From positions 201,128,001 through 201,192,000 of the forward strand of contig OZ024740.1 of NCBI GenBank assembly GCA_964016885.1: 64,000 nucleotides of DNA, read 5' to 3'. The notes beneath the pieces are model-generated. The model worked only from the letters and a program-made list of their open reading frames with translations. It was not told the origin of the DNA and ran no database searches. The DNA comes from Eledone cirrhosa. Taxonomy: Eukaryota. The translations under genes were made by a program, and so were the position numbers. This document shows positions 1 through 12,435 of this stretch, in pieces. Each line of letters opens with the position of its first letter. The stretch's first letter is position 1.

Positions 1-519
1 AAAATAAATATGGTATTTATAGGTCTCTACAAGTGGTAGGAGAGGGTGGGGAGTGGGATGGGTGCAGGTCATTGGTTGATAGAGAAGGGAATTCATTAAA
101 AGCTAATTCTACATAGCTATAGTTAATTTATATTTATTTATGTTTTTAGAGTAACAAAGGCAGACAGAATTCTATAAACAGGTTCTGGATGGCGTACCAT
201 TCCTTGTCAATAAGTTTCTCTTAAGCTAGCAGATGTCTATAAAATCAGTGGGGGGTCATTCATGCTCGATAGAATTAAAGAAAAGGGAGATTCTTTACAT
301 TAAGGTTCTGCTAAGTGACAAAGGTCTAGGGAATTCTGCAGACAGATTCAAAATACTGAGTGCATATCTTACTATTATCTTCGAACTTCTCTTAAACTAA
401 TCAACAATATGCCAAATCAACAGACACATTCACAAAAAAACAAAAAGACCCAATAAAACAAAAAAACCAGAAAAACAAAAGAAACCACACCTAAAAAACA
501 AAAAAACACACATACTCAC

Positions 520-696
520 TCACACACTTACGCGCAACCATAAAGACACACATAAACACATATACACACATAAAAACACACACACATATATAAAAAATAT
601 ATAAACATATACAAATATAAATATATATTCATGTACACACACATACATACACACATACATACATACATATATAAAATACATATACACACATACATA

Positions 697-780
<84 letters not shown>

Positions 781-899
781 TATACACACATACACATATA
801 TATATACACACATACATACACACACACACACATACATACATATATACATACATATATACAAATACATACATATATATACAAATATATATACATATATAC

Positions 900-936
<37 letters not shown>

Positions 937-1069
937 TACACACACACACAGATACATACACACATACACATACATACACAGATACACACATATATACAGA
1001 TAAATACACTCACACGCATACATACAAACACGAGTATACATATGTATAAATATCTATACACACACACAT

Positions 1070-1126
<57 letters not shown>

Positions 1127-1157
1127 CATATACACACATACAAACACACATATATAT

Positions 1158-1224
<67 letters not shown>

Positions 1225-1325
1225 TATACACACATATACACACACACATACATATACGTACACACATACACACATACGTACAGATATATATATATATATA
1301 TATATCTCTATACATACACATACAA

Positions 1326-1368
<43 letters not shown>

Positions 1369-1391
1369 TATATACATATACATATATATGC

Positions 1392-1430
<39 letters not shown>

Positions 1431-1556
1431 TATAGACATATATATATATATATATATATCCATACATACACATGCATACACAGACCTATACATAAATATA
1501 CACATATATATACAGAGATATAACGCACATATACACACACATATATACATACACAC

Positions 1557-1652
<96 letters not shown>

Positions 1653-1682
1653 GCATACACACACACACACACATATATATAT

Positions 1683-1733
<51 letters not shown>

Positions 1734-1845
1734 CATACACATATACATATATATATATATATACACACGCGCGCGCATACACACATACACACCCCCACAC
1801 ACAAAATATATATACACACACACACACATTCTCTCTCTCATGCAC

Positions 1846-1876
<31 letters not shown>

Positions 1877-2386
1877 CATATACATATATATATATATATA
1901 TATGTGTATGTATATATACACATACAAATACATACACACATACACATACACATACACACATATACACATACACACACATATATATACATATATATACATA
2001 TATATATACACACATATATACATATACATACACACAAACACATACATATACACATATATACACACATATATATATATATATACACACACACGCACACATA
2101 TACACACATACGCACACGCACACGCATATATATATATATATATACATACATATATATATACATATATACATATATATATACATAAATATATACACACACA
2201 TATATACAAACATACATATACACACACATATACATACACACACACACATACATACATACATACATACATATACACAAACACATACAAACATATACCTACA
2301 TAAATATACACACATAAAACACGTATTCACACAAACATATATATATACACACATATATATATACACACACACACACACACGTACAC

Positions 2387-2459
<73 letters not shown>

Positions 2460-2486
2460 CATACATATATACATATACATGCACAC

Positions 2487-2519
<33 letters not shown>

Positions 2520-2570
2520 ACACATACACATATACACATATACAAACAAATATATACACATACAAGTAAA
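520..2570. repeat. Compound (TA)n/(CA)n/(CATA)n microsatellite field (partly mirrored at 2880-4200)
   Basis: Direct reading. This is the source of the spurious YI/HT ORFs. Confidence 0.95.
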
Positions 2571-2744
2571 TAGGTACTCAATAAATATACGCATATACAC
2601 AGGCACATAAAGACACCTCTACAGGCAGAAAAAGTAGATACAAAAGAGGTACTCACATGACCATAGTGGCCGTATTTCAGGTTGAGGAGGGGTGGGGGTA
2701 GGGTGGGGAGGAGGTATAGGGGCCAATAGGGGGAGGTCGTTTTT

Positions 2745-2876
2745 AGCCATCGGGCTTTAACACTGGCTTAAAGTGTTTGAATGTTGCAAAGTTCTTGTGC
2801 ATGCAGTTCGGGCAGTGTTCAGAGAGTTTGTTCAGTAGCGGGCCCTTGGCGAATAAAATTTCGTAGCTCTCTGAAA
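2745..2876 (-). pseudogene. C-terminal tip of a Penelope-like element ORF (end of GIY-YIG region)
   Basis: Manual minus-strand translation [44 protein letters not shown] resembles the PLE C-terminal EK..I....LNKRSE....CRH motif. Confidence 0.65.
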
Positions 2877-2880
2877 TATG

Positions 2881-2918
<38 letters not shown>

Positions 2919-3027
2919 CATGAGAGAGAGAATGTGTGTGTGTGTGTATATATATTTTGTGTGTGGGGGTGTGTATGTGTGTATGCGCGCGCGTGTGTAT
3001 ATATATATATATATGTATATGTGTATG

Positions 3028-3072
<45 letters not shown>

Positions 3073-3106
3073 ATATATATATGTGTGTGTGTGTGTGTAT
3101 GCGTGT

Positions 3107-3172
<66 letters not shown>

Positions 3173-3283
3173 GTATATATATATATGTGTGTATGTATAT
3201 ATGTGTGTGTATATGTGCGTTATATCTCTGTATATATATGTGTATATTTATGTATAGGTCTGTGTATGCATGTGTATGTATGG

Positions 3284-3353
<70 letters not shown>

Positions 3354-3376
3354 GCATATATATGTATATGTATATA

Positions 3377-3413
<37 letters not shown>

Positions 3414-3514
3414 TTGTATGTGTATGTATAGAGATATATATATATATATATATATCTGTACGTATGTGTGTATGTGTGTACGTATATGTATGTGTGTGTG
3501 TATATGTGTGTATA

Positions 3515-3577
<63 letters not shown>

Positions 3578-3608
3578 ATATATATGTGTGTTTGTATGTG
3601 TGTATATG

Positions 3609-3673
<65 letters not shown>

Positions 3674-3958
3674 ATGTGTGTGTGTATAGATATTTATACA
3701 TATGTATACTCGTGTTTGTATGTATGCGTGTGAGTGTATTTATCTGTATATATGTGTGTATCTGTGTATGTATGTGTATGTGTGTATGTATCTGTGTGTG
3801 TGTGTATATTTTTATATATATATATATATATATATGTATATGTATATATGTATATATATTTGTATATATATGTATGTATTTGTATATATGTATGTATATA
3901 TGTATGTATGTGTGTGTGTGTGTATGTGTGTGTATATATATATGTGTATGTGTGTATA

Positions 3959-4014
<56 letters not shown>

Positions 4015-4719
4015 TATGTATGTGTGTATATCTATTTTATATATGTATGTATGTATGTGTGTATGTATGCGTGTGTACATGAATATATATTTATATTTGT
4101 ATATGTTTATATATTTTTTATATATGTGTGTGTGTTTTTATGTGTGTATATGTGTTTATGTGTGTCTTTATGGTTGCGCGTAAGTGTGTGAGTGAGTATG
4201 TGTGTTTTTTTGTTTTTTAGATGTGGTTTCTTTTGTTTTTCTGGTTTTTTTGTTTTATTGGGTCTTTTTGTTTTTTTGTGAATGTGTCTGTTGATTTGGC
4301 ATATTGTTGATTAGTTTAAGAGAAGTTCGAAGATAATAGTAAGATATGCACTCAGTATTTTGAATCTGTCTGCAGAATTCCCTAGACCTTTGTCACTTAG
4401 CAGAACCTTAATGTAAAGAATCTCCCTTTTCTTTAATTCTATCGAGCATGAATGACCCCCCACTGATTTTATAGACATCTGCTAGCTTAAGAGAAACTTA
4501 TTGACAAGGAATGGTACGCCATCCAGAACCTGTTTATAGAATTCTGTCTGCCTTTGTTACTCTAAAAACATAAATAAATATAAATTAACTATAGCTATGT
4601 AGAATTAGCTTTTAATGAATTCCCTTCTCTATCAACCAATGACCTGCACCCATCCCACTCCCCACCCTCTCCTACCACTTGTAGAGACCTATAAATACCA
4701 TATTTATTTTTTGATACCC

Positions 4720-4770
4720 AGATTCCTGATGATTTCTAATGAATGAAACAGTTCTAGTCCTGTAGAATCT
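4720..4770 (+). ncRNA. Hammerhead-like motif, family A (degenerate); related copies ~58280-58325 (+) and ~61562-61602 (-)
   Basis: CTGATGA-TTTCTAATGAAT-GAAAC-AGTTCTAGTC. The 61.6 kb copy reads CTGACGA-TTTCTAACGAAT-GAAAC-TGTTC on the minus strand. Stem I pairing is unclear. Confidence 0.5.
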
Positions 4771-4782
4771 CATCTATATTAA

Positions 4783-4866
<84 letters not shown>

Positions 4867-4935
4867 AAAAAGAGATGAAATCGAAAATGCAACTGAAGTC
4901 TTATTTTTTTTTTAAATATATATATTTATTTGGTT

Positions 4936-4973
4936 CCTTTACCGGTTTCGCAGTTCTTCTGCTTTTCAAAAGG
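4936..4973 (-). ncRNA. Minimal type-I hammerhead ribozyme, family B, U3-A8 core variant
   Basis: Minus strand reads CCTT-TTGAAAA-GCAG aagaa CTGC-GAAAC cg GTA-AAGG. Stem I is CCTT/AAGG, stem II is GCAG/CTGC, stem III is the palindrome ACCGGT. The same ~150 bp element recurs at ~40400-40535 and, inverted, at ~57105-57250. Confidence 0.7.
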
Positions 4974-5076
4974 TTAGTTGAGATGGAGGGTCTGTGGTTT
5001 TTCTGAGAAAAATCAATAATATTTACGAAGTCGACAACACTGCTTACAGCCACTTGGCACATAGCGCCATAACCTC

Positions 5077-5845
5077 TAAATGAACCCGGCACGCACAGAA
5101 ATGGGACTAGTGAGTAAGGCTATACTTAAGAACATAGTTAAGACCATTAGGACCAAGTCCAACCTGTCCCAGGGCGACTCCGTCACTAAGTGGTTCAACT
5201 CCTTCAATTCCAAAGAAGCGAAGTTCACGCAATTCGAGATTGTGGATTTTTACCCGTCGATCTCAATGACCCTGTTAAACCCTATTAAACAAACCGTTGG
5301 ACTTTGTTACCACTTACACTACTGTCCATGATTTAGATGAGATCATCGCGCACTGCCGGAAAACCCTCCTCTTCAACAGCGGAGTAGCCTGAACAAAGAA
5401 GTCAACCACTTCAGAACTATTCGACCTCTCCATTCGACAGTGCTGACGTATGCGACTTGGTTGGCTTATTTATTTTAGATATATTACGTACTAGATTCCC
5501 GGACTTCCACACGGGATTATACCGTGACGATGGTCTGACCCTATCGAGCCATAAAAGTAGTCAGACCTGGACCAGTTTAAAAAAGATTTAATCTCTACTT
5601 TTAATGAGTTAGGACTTAGCATAACGGTGGCTACCAACCTCACTAGCGTAGATTACTTAGACATAAATTTAGACCTTCACACACATACCTTCAGACCTTC
5701 TATAAACTAAACGAAAAACTTAATACACAAGGACACATGCCACCCTCCTACTGTTTTTAGAAACTTCGTAAATAATATCGGTACTAGAATCTCTAATCTC
5801 CCCTCTAATAAAGCAATATTTGACAGAGCGGTCCCCTACTATAAA
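5077..5845 (+). pseudogene. Penelope-like element reverse transcriptase fragment (stops and frameshifts)
   Basis: NPARTEMGLVSKAIL...KWFN...FTQFEIVDFYPSIS, then IIAHCRKTLLFN, DSADVCDLVGLFIL and GLYRDDGL. These are PLE RT motifs with a YRDD catalytic site. Confidence 0.85.
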
Positions 5846-5944
5846 AGAAGAAGAAGAAGAAGAAGAAGAAGAAGAAGAAGAAGAAGAAGAAGAAGAAGAA
5901 GAAGAAGAAGAAGAAGAAGAAGAAGAAGAAGAAGAAGAAGAAGA

Positions 5945-5978
<34 letters not shown>
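5845..5978. repeat. (GAA)n followed by (TAA)n microsatellite
   Basis: Direct reading. Confidence 0.95.
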
Positions 5979-5979
<1 letters not shown>

Positions 5980-6239
5980 TTTCTTTATTAACCACAAGGG
6001 TTTACATAAAGTAGACATTAAGGACAGTGCAGGACAATGCAGGACGGTACAAATGGGCATTTCTGCGTGTAAAAAAACAAAAACAGAGGATGTAACAAAA
6101 ATAACAATGAAAATAACAATGAAAAATTCCCCAATAGGGGGGAGACTTCGGAGGGACATTTGTGGAGAAAGCCCAGTAAAAAGCCACAATGACCCTGACC
6201 ACCAAGGCAAGTGCCCTCTCCCAGTTTTCCACCTTTAGT

Positions 6240-9200
6240 TTACAGATATATACTCAGAGTCGGCCCATTCACTCGGGCCATTCTTGCTTCTCTCACCCAT
6301 CTTTCAACAAAATGCTGGGAAGAGAGCACTTCCTTCTCTACTCTGATTTTCCTTTTCAAATGAAATTTGAAAAAGTCAATCAGAGCATCACCGAAGAGGT
6401 AAGTGCTCGTCTTCAGCCCTTTCAAACGTGTCCACCATACTATCTCTTTCGCCATGGCCACCAGACAGATAAAAACTGCCTGCCCTTCCCGGCTAAAGGA
6501 GGAGGGCGGGGCAATCCTCACGATAGACTCAGATGATAGCTGGATCCGTCCTAAACGCGACAGCAGGTGTTCGACATAAACCCACAAGTCAGCAATTTTC
6601 GGACACTGGACGAGTGCGTGCAGGACGGTTTCGTCGCCCTGCGCGCATCTCGGACATGCCCGGCTGACGGCACCTCCATGCCTGTAGAGTTTATCCCGAA
6701 CTGGCAAGGCTCCTCGGTAGCACTGCCAGGCCAGAGATTTCTGGAAGTTGTCCATAGGCCCTGGCCCGAAAGTTCTTCCGAAGAGATTGGCTAGTTGATT
6801 TTCGTCGACGCCTAGAGTTTCCCCAAGTACGTCGTCGCTCTTCCCCTCCACTAATCCTCTATAGAACGCCGAGGTGGAGTTTCCACCGATCACATTGCCC
6901 GATTGGTCGAGGGCTGTGAGCGCCTGAAGACATTCCAGTCTCCAGGCGCTCCCTCTCGGTCTTCGCTTGACCCAGGACTGCAGCTCCGTCAAGGAAACGA
7001 GCTGGGGAAAAACGCGTCTAGCAAACGGCGACCACACCTGATCACCGTCGAGGAAGAGGTGGAGATGTCGTAGCCTGAGCGCGTGCCTGCGCATCATCAG
7101 CCACGGCATGCCCAGCCCTCCACGTAGCGGGTGTTGACAACAGATGGACCGCCTGACCATCGGAGCACGTCCCTTCCACAAAAAGGCGAAAGAGCAAACG
7201 CTCCAGCGCAGTCAGGCGAGGCTTAGGACAAGGTACGACGGTTAGGCGGTAGCAGATGACAGACGCGATGTACGCGTTAGCCACCTCCGCTCGACCTTTC
7301 AGGGATAGCTTCCTCTCGGCCCATTTCTGGGTGAGAGAAACCACCCTGCTCGTCACCTCGTCCCAGTTTTTGTCCGTCTGGAGGTCCGGACCGAACCAGA
7401 CCCCTAGCAATTTAACCGGTCCGTCCGTCCAGCGTCCGACGACGCTGTTGGACGGCATGGACCTGCCTCTCCAGGTGCCGAGCTGCAGGCCCACTGACTT
7501 TTCCTGGTTGATCATTGCTCCTGTCACCGCTTCGTATTCTCTTAGTGTAGTGCCGATCGCCTCGATGTGTTTGGTGTTCGACACCACTACGGTGACATCG
7601 TCCGCATATGCTGATACGGATCTTCCGCATCCTAGTTCGCGCGGGACCCCCCTCAACGTCTCCAGTTTATGCAGTAATGGCTCGAGAGTCAATACGTACA
7701 AGAGGGACGAGAGGGGACATCCTTGGCGGACCGAGCGCATGATGTTGAACGGTTCCGACAGGTGACCGTTCACTCTCACCACAGAGCAGATGTCGCTGTG
7801 CATGGCAGCGATCCAGCCTCTGAAGACGGGCCCAAAGCCAGCCGCCCTCAGGACTGCCGCTAGGTAACGATGGTCGACCCTATCGAAAGCTTTCGACTGA
7901 TCTAAATTGATCAAGGACCCACCCGTGCCAGGTTCCCTAGCTACCCTCTCTACGATGTATCGCATGAGGTGGAGGTTGTCGTGGATGGATCTGTCGGGAA
8001 TGGCACATGTCTGCGCCTCTCCCACCAGACCACCAACGACAAGCGCCAACCTCTTTGCTAGCACCTTGGCCAAAATCTTAAACTCTGTGTTTAGCAGAGT
8101 TATGGGCCGGAAATTTTCTATGTTATCCCCTTGTTCGGATCCTTTCTCAGCAGTGCCACCGCTCCTCGGCTCACAGAACTGGGAATTCTCCCGTTCTGTT
8201 GCCAGTTGCAGTAGACGTCCGCCAAGAGGCCTCCGAACAAGTCTGGCATCTGTACGTAAAGTTCATAGGGCAGACCATCCAAACCAGGCGATTTACCTCT
8301 TGTGCAGCCAGTCATTGCCTCCCTTACTTCAGCGGCTGTTATCGGCTTTTCGCAACACTCCGCCTCAGTGGCCGAGAGCCGCGGCAGTCCGTCGAGGTAG
8401 ACACTAAAGTCCATCCCTCGACCCGGCCCACCGCTGTCCCCGAACAGCTGAGCGAAGTGTCGCTGAAAAGCTTCACACATTTGCCCGGGATCGAGTAGCA
8501 TGCGCCCGTCGTGGTCCACCAAAGACCGGATCGTGGCTTTGTTGCCACGACGCGCCTCCGCCACTCGGGCCCATTGAACGGCTTTCGTCCTCTCGTGTCT
8601 GAGAGCACGCACCCTAGCTCTGACAACGCAGCCTTCGTGCTTTGCATTGAAGAATTGGTCAAGGGCCAATTTCGCCGCAAGCACGTCGGTCGCGATGCCT
8701 TTGCTAAGCGCTTCGTCTAATTTTCTAACTAGTTCTCCCTCTGCTCTATTTTTCTCTATTGCTAAAGCCTTACTAAACCTAATCGATTCTATTCTAATCG
8801 CTCTTTTCAGAGCAAACCACCACTTGTTGTTGACGATGGCCCCCGTCAACGCCCGCTTAACTAGTTCGCTAATCCGGTCTCTGTAGGCCTTGCGCGCTGG
8901 TAAGGACGCGTTTAGCTTCCAGTAGCCGGGTCCTCGTCTATGAAGCCTATCTAAGTCAAGCACACAGGTCACGAATTTGTGGTCCGTGTAGCTGACTATC
9001 TTGAATTGTGGACAGCCTATGCTAGACCTATCTATTTCCCTACAAAATACTCTATCTAGATATGATCTGGATGACCCTATGCGGTTTGTCCAAGTCCACA
9101 TTGGCACATTCGGGAAATCCAATCGGTACCTGTCAGACAGTTCAAAACGCCTGAGCAGGTTGGTGAGGCTCTTGCACCCTCCACCCCTATCCGCTAATCC

Positions 9201-9659
9201 CACACAGTCCCAGCGTGCATCTAAGATCCCGTTCCAGTCGCCCACTAACACTAAAGAGCGCGACGTTCCAAGAAAGGTCTCCAGACGCCGGAAGAAATCA
9301 GGCCGCCCTGCTCCTGTCGGGGCATAGACGGCCACTAGCCTGAAAGCTTGCCCGTCTCCGCTGGTCACGTCCAGCACCACCAGCTTACCCTCTGGGTCCA
9401 GGAAGATGGCCCGTATGGCGAGATCCAAACCTCTCCGAAAAAGCACAGCAACTCCTCCACCCGATCCAGGACGGCTGGGAGATGCGTACACATCGTAGCC
9501 GCCGAAGATCGGTGCGAAGGCCCGTGCTTCGGAGATTCTGGTCTCGCTGATGGCCACTACATCTATGTTTAGTGACCTGAGGTCGTTGAGCAGGTGACCC
9601 TGCTTCCATGACGACCCCAAGCCACGCGCATTTATGCTGCCTATTCTGAGTGAGGTCAT
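6240..9659 (-). pseudogene. Tx1 ORF2: APE endonuclease + RT + C-terminal CCHC, split by two frameshifts (~8120, ~7185)
   Basis: SINARGL, VAISET, VGDWN, SYLDR and YTDH (APE); KSPGLDG, LDQSKAFDRV, RQGCPLS and AYADD (RT); CPRC..ETVLHALVQC. Confidence 0.92.
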
Positions 9660-9694
9660 GTTTAAAATAGAGTGGAAAAGATGGGAAAGACCAC

Positions 9695-11788
9695 TTACCG
9701 TACTTTTGGTAGAGGAGGGATGGTTTTTACATCCCTTTTCACTTGATCGTCTGGTGAAGGGACCGTTGAATCGTCCCTTCGGCTGGTCGTCGGCTCTTCT
9801 AAGAGAATGTCTGAGTATACTCTTCGATTGATGGTTCCTCCTAGGTCCCTGAAATCACCAACTGCGTTGGGGAATTTCGTTTTAATATTTGTGTATTGTT
9901 TCTGTGCTATTTTTAGCAGTCTTATGTTAGTTGGCGTTTTGATTGGTGCTGGTATTATGTAGTCCTGTTGTGAAATGTCTGTGTGTTCAATTATGTAAGT
10001 CATTAGTTTCTTGTTGTGTGTATTTATTGCCGTGCATTTGTTTTTCTGGGGGTGGGGTGTGGTTCTGCTATTTTCTTGTCGTTGTTGCTGGGTGTGTGTG
10101 TTTTGTTGTTGTGTTTGCGATGTTGGTGCTTGTGGTGGTGGTGTTGAAGGTGTTGTTGGCGGTGGGGTTGTCGCCGGTGGTGATGGTGGCGCTAGTGTGG
10201 GTGGTGATGGTGTTGGTGTTGTTGCTGCTGTGGGTCTCTTTGCAGTAGACTTTACCCTTTTCTCATTTCTTTCCTCCCTTTTCAAAGGCGACGATGCGCT
10301 GCTTCTGCGTTTGTGCCTTCTTACGACCTTTTGCCATCTCTCTCCCACCTCACACTCCATGTCTGATTCTGTGAGGTCGGGGAGTGGTACCAACTCCACT
10401 CTTTCACTTGTTGTTGTTGGTGATGTTTGCACTGGAGTCTCTGTTGCAGCTGCATTTGGTATTGCTGTTGTTGTTGTTAGTATTTCCACTGCTGCTGCTG
10501 TTTTTGATTTCCGTGGAGTGGGTATGGGTGCCACGGGCCTATCGTTCCTGGTTGCCGCTTGTCCTGTTGCTGGTAGCCGTGGAGCCGGATTCGGAAGGAG
10601 GGGGGTTTTCTCCTTTCTCAGGGTCTTCTCGTTGCAGAAGGCCCTGAGGTGAGTCTTCGATCCACAGCGAAAGCATTTCGGGCGTTTGCCCTCAACACTT
10701 ATGGGCAGTTGAGTGCCGTTATCGAAGTCTATCACATCCGGGATAGCTTCGATGCACTCCTGGTTGGTTTGGATTAGCATCTCAATGGAGGAGCCGACCC
10801 AATCTTCTCTTACTTTTTTCTGTACTTGCAGTACAGTTGTTTTGTCCTCGATTCCGACGAGGACAGACGCGGCCAGCCAAGAAGGGGTCATTCCGGGGGG
10901 GACGTGGGTCAGTTTGACCCTCACAATTTTTTGCCCACAGTAGGAGGGCACCAACACCATTTCCTCGCTCCTTAGGGATTGGGCCTTTGCCTCCTGGGGT
11001 GTGGCAAAAAGTACGTCTACGGTGGCATATTTTTTGCCTCGGGTGATGTGCGTTTTCCGCTGCCACACAGACCCCAAGGCTTTTTGTATTTGGGCCTCTG
11101 TGGCTCTTTCCACCCTACGGGATTTTGTACTTACTGTACGGTACGTGACCGTACAGTGCTCTTGGGTTTCGAAAAAATTTTTCGCTGCCTTGCAGATTGC
11201 TCGGTGTCCGTTCTTTGTCACCATCTTCTTCGCTTCCTCTAATTCCTCATTTGTTATGAGGATTGTTTCCAAGTTTTTCGCAATACCTGCAAATGAGATT
11301 GGTTTTTCTCTGCTGTTGTTGTTGTCGTCAGAGCTGCTGGTACTTTTGTTGTTGCTGCAGGTACTACGACTACTGCCTCCGCCGCTGTTGCTGTGGTTGT
11401 TGTTGGTGTTGCTGTTGCTAATGCTGTTGTTGTTTATGCTGCTGGTGATGCTGTTGCGGCTGCTACTGTTGTTTTCATTGTCACTGTTGCTGTTGTTATT
11501 ACGGCTGCTACTGCTATTATTCCTGACGTCAGACGAATGAACTGGGTTTTCGTATTTCCCGCACACCTGTTTCGTCGCTGTCGTCGTCGTCGTGGAGAAA
11601 CCTTGCACGCTTTGCACGAGACTTTTCTTTTCTTTCGTCGCTTGCGAAAGAGAAGGGAGGGAGAGAGACAATCTTCTCTCTGCTGTAGTGATGATTGAGG
11701 AAGAAGAAGACGGAATGAGTGGGAGTGACGTATGAAATTTCTTTTTGGTAGCCATGTTTTTTTGTTTAAAATGAAATTTTGGGTACAA
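9695..11788 (-). CDS. Tx1 ORF1 (gag-like, CCHC zinc knuckle), uninterrupted
   Basis: 697-aa ORF with CFRCGSKTHLRAFC and low-complexity N/S and P/T tracts, directly upstream of ORF2. The start may be the second Met (MATKKK). Confidence 0.85.
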   Translation of the reverse strand: MYPKFHFKQKNMATKKKFHTSLPLIPSSSSSIITTAERRLSLSLPSLSQATKEKKSLVQSVQGFSTTTTTATKQVCGKYENPVHSSDVRNNSSSSRNNNSNSDNENNSSSRNSITSSINNNSISNSNTNNNHSNSGGGSSRSTCSNNKSTSSSDDNNNSREKPISFAGIAKNLETILITNEELEEAKKMVTKNGHRAICKAAKNFFETQEHCTVTYRTVSTKSRRVERATEAQIQKALGSVWQRKTHITRGKKYATVDVLFATPQEAKAQSLRSEEMVLVPSYCGQKIVRVKLTHVPPGMTPSWLAASVLVGIEDKTTVLQVQKKVREDWVGSSIEMLIQTNQECIEAIPDVIDFDNGTQLPISVEGKRPKCFRCGSKTHLRAFCNEKTLRKEKTPLLPNPAPRLPATGQAATRNDRPVAPIPTPRKSKTAAAVEILTTTTAIPNAAATETPVQTSPTTTSERVELVPLPDLTESDMECEVGERWQKVVRRHKRRSSASSPLKREERNEKRVKSTAKRPTAATTPTPSPPTLAPPSPPATTPPPTTPSTPPPQAPTSQTQQQNTHTQQQRQENSRTTPHPQKNKCTAINTHNKKLMTYIIEHTDISQQDYIIPAPIKTPTNIRLLKIAQKQYTNIKTKFPNAVGDFRDLGGTINRRVYSDILLEEPTTSRRDDSTVPSPDDQVKRDVKTIPPLPKVR

Positions 11789-12122
11789 AACCCCAATAAC
11801 TGGTTATTTAACCCCGAAGGGCCAAATAACGGACAGAAAGACCCCTCTCACGAGGAGGAGGGTGTCTTTATCAACAATTTGGTTCAAGTTTTAAACAATT
11901 TACAATTGTTTTAACGGTTAAAAATTACTATACCTTACAGAGCCGAGCCTCCGTCAACCATGGCATTCAATAATAATAATAATAATAATGTATCATGCTG
12001 CTATTTCTAGTAACATGAAATATCAACTAGTCTATTATTCGCGCTCTTTCTAACGGCCCATTTGTGTGGTGGTCATTTTAACGGCTTGATTCATTCACCG
12101 GGCAGAAAGCGACACATCAACA

Positions 12123-12312
12123 TCTACGTGGATGTATATCTAGTAGGTTTGGAAAAGCTATCTGAAAAGCTATATCTTTCCATTGGAAATTCTCTGAATT
12201 TCCAATCTTTTGATTAGAGAAACCGTCGGTCATGGCACTAGAAGAGGTAAATATTTAAATCGTATTTTAATTTATTTAAAAGATTGTTTAATGTTTACTT
12301 GTTCCGCTCATA
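12123..12312 (+). mobile_element. HHR-bearing element family C, copy with mutated core; inverted relative to 17105-17295
   Basis: Near-identical reverse complement of 17105-17295. The core here reads CTGAAAAG...TAGAGAAACCGTCGGTC. Confidence 0.75.
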
Positions 12313-12435
12313 TTTACAGTTCTGGTATCTCAAATTAGTATCATGGAACAACCACTATTATAGAGAGCATATATATTTCCGTGGGTACTTAGTACCTACT
12401 GGAATATCTATATCATTTATCTGAATTTTCCTTAA

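Larger units (their letters stand above)
1..4790. mobile_element. Large fold-back PLE insertion: inverted arms ~1-1881 and ~2876-4710 around a spacer containing a PLE ORF C-terminus; left arm cut by the window edge
   Basis: Position 1 aaaataaatatggtatttataggtctctac is the reverse complement of 4681-4710. The match continues inward through unique sequence and microsatellite to ~1881/2876, with a few substitutions and repeat-length differences. The right arm ends in an HHR-like motif and then (TA)n. Confidence 0.85.
5979..11968 (-). mobile_element. Near full-length Tx1-clade non-LTR retrotransposon (copy 1) flanked by (AAT)n on both sides
   Basis: ORF1 plus ORF2 (APE-RT-zinc finger). The 3' UTR has AATAAA running into (ATT)n, and the 5' end abuts (AAT)n at ~11969-11989. 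Confidence 0.9.

Noticed and set aside
520-4191. Many long ORFs up to 659 aa rich in Y/I/H/T/C/V/M
   Set aside because: They are translations of stop-free dinucleotide and tetranucleotide microsatellites, not genes. The same applies at 17253-17810, 23077-25381, 41114-42771, 53090-53761 and 60268-63207.
5385-5395. In-frame TGA as selenocysteine in the PLE RT
   Set aside because: It aligns to an expected Trp codon in an otherwise decayed copy, and no SECIS was identified.
5720-6210. Poly-S, poly-E and poly-L ORFs
   Set aside because: They are reading frames of (GAA)n(TAA)n.
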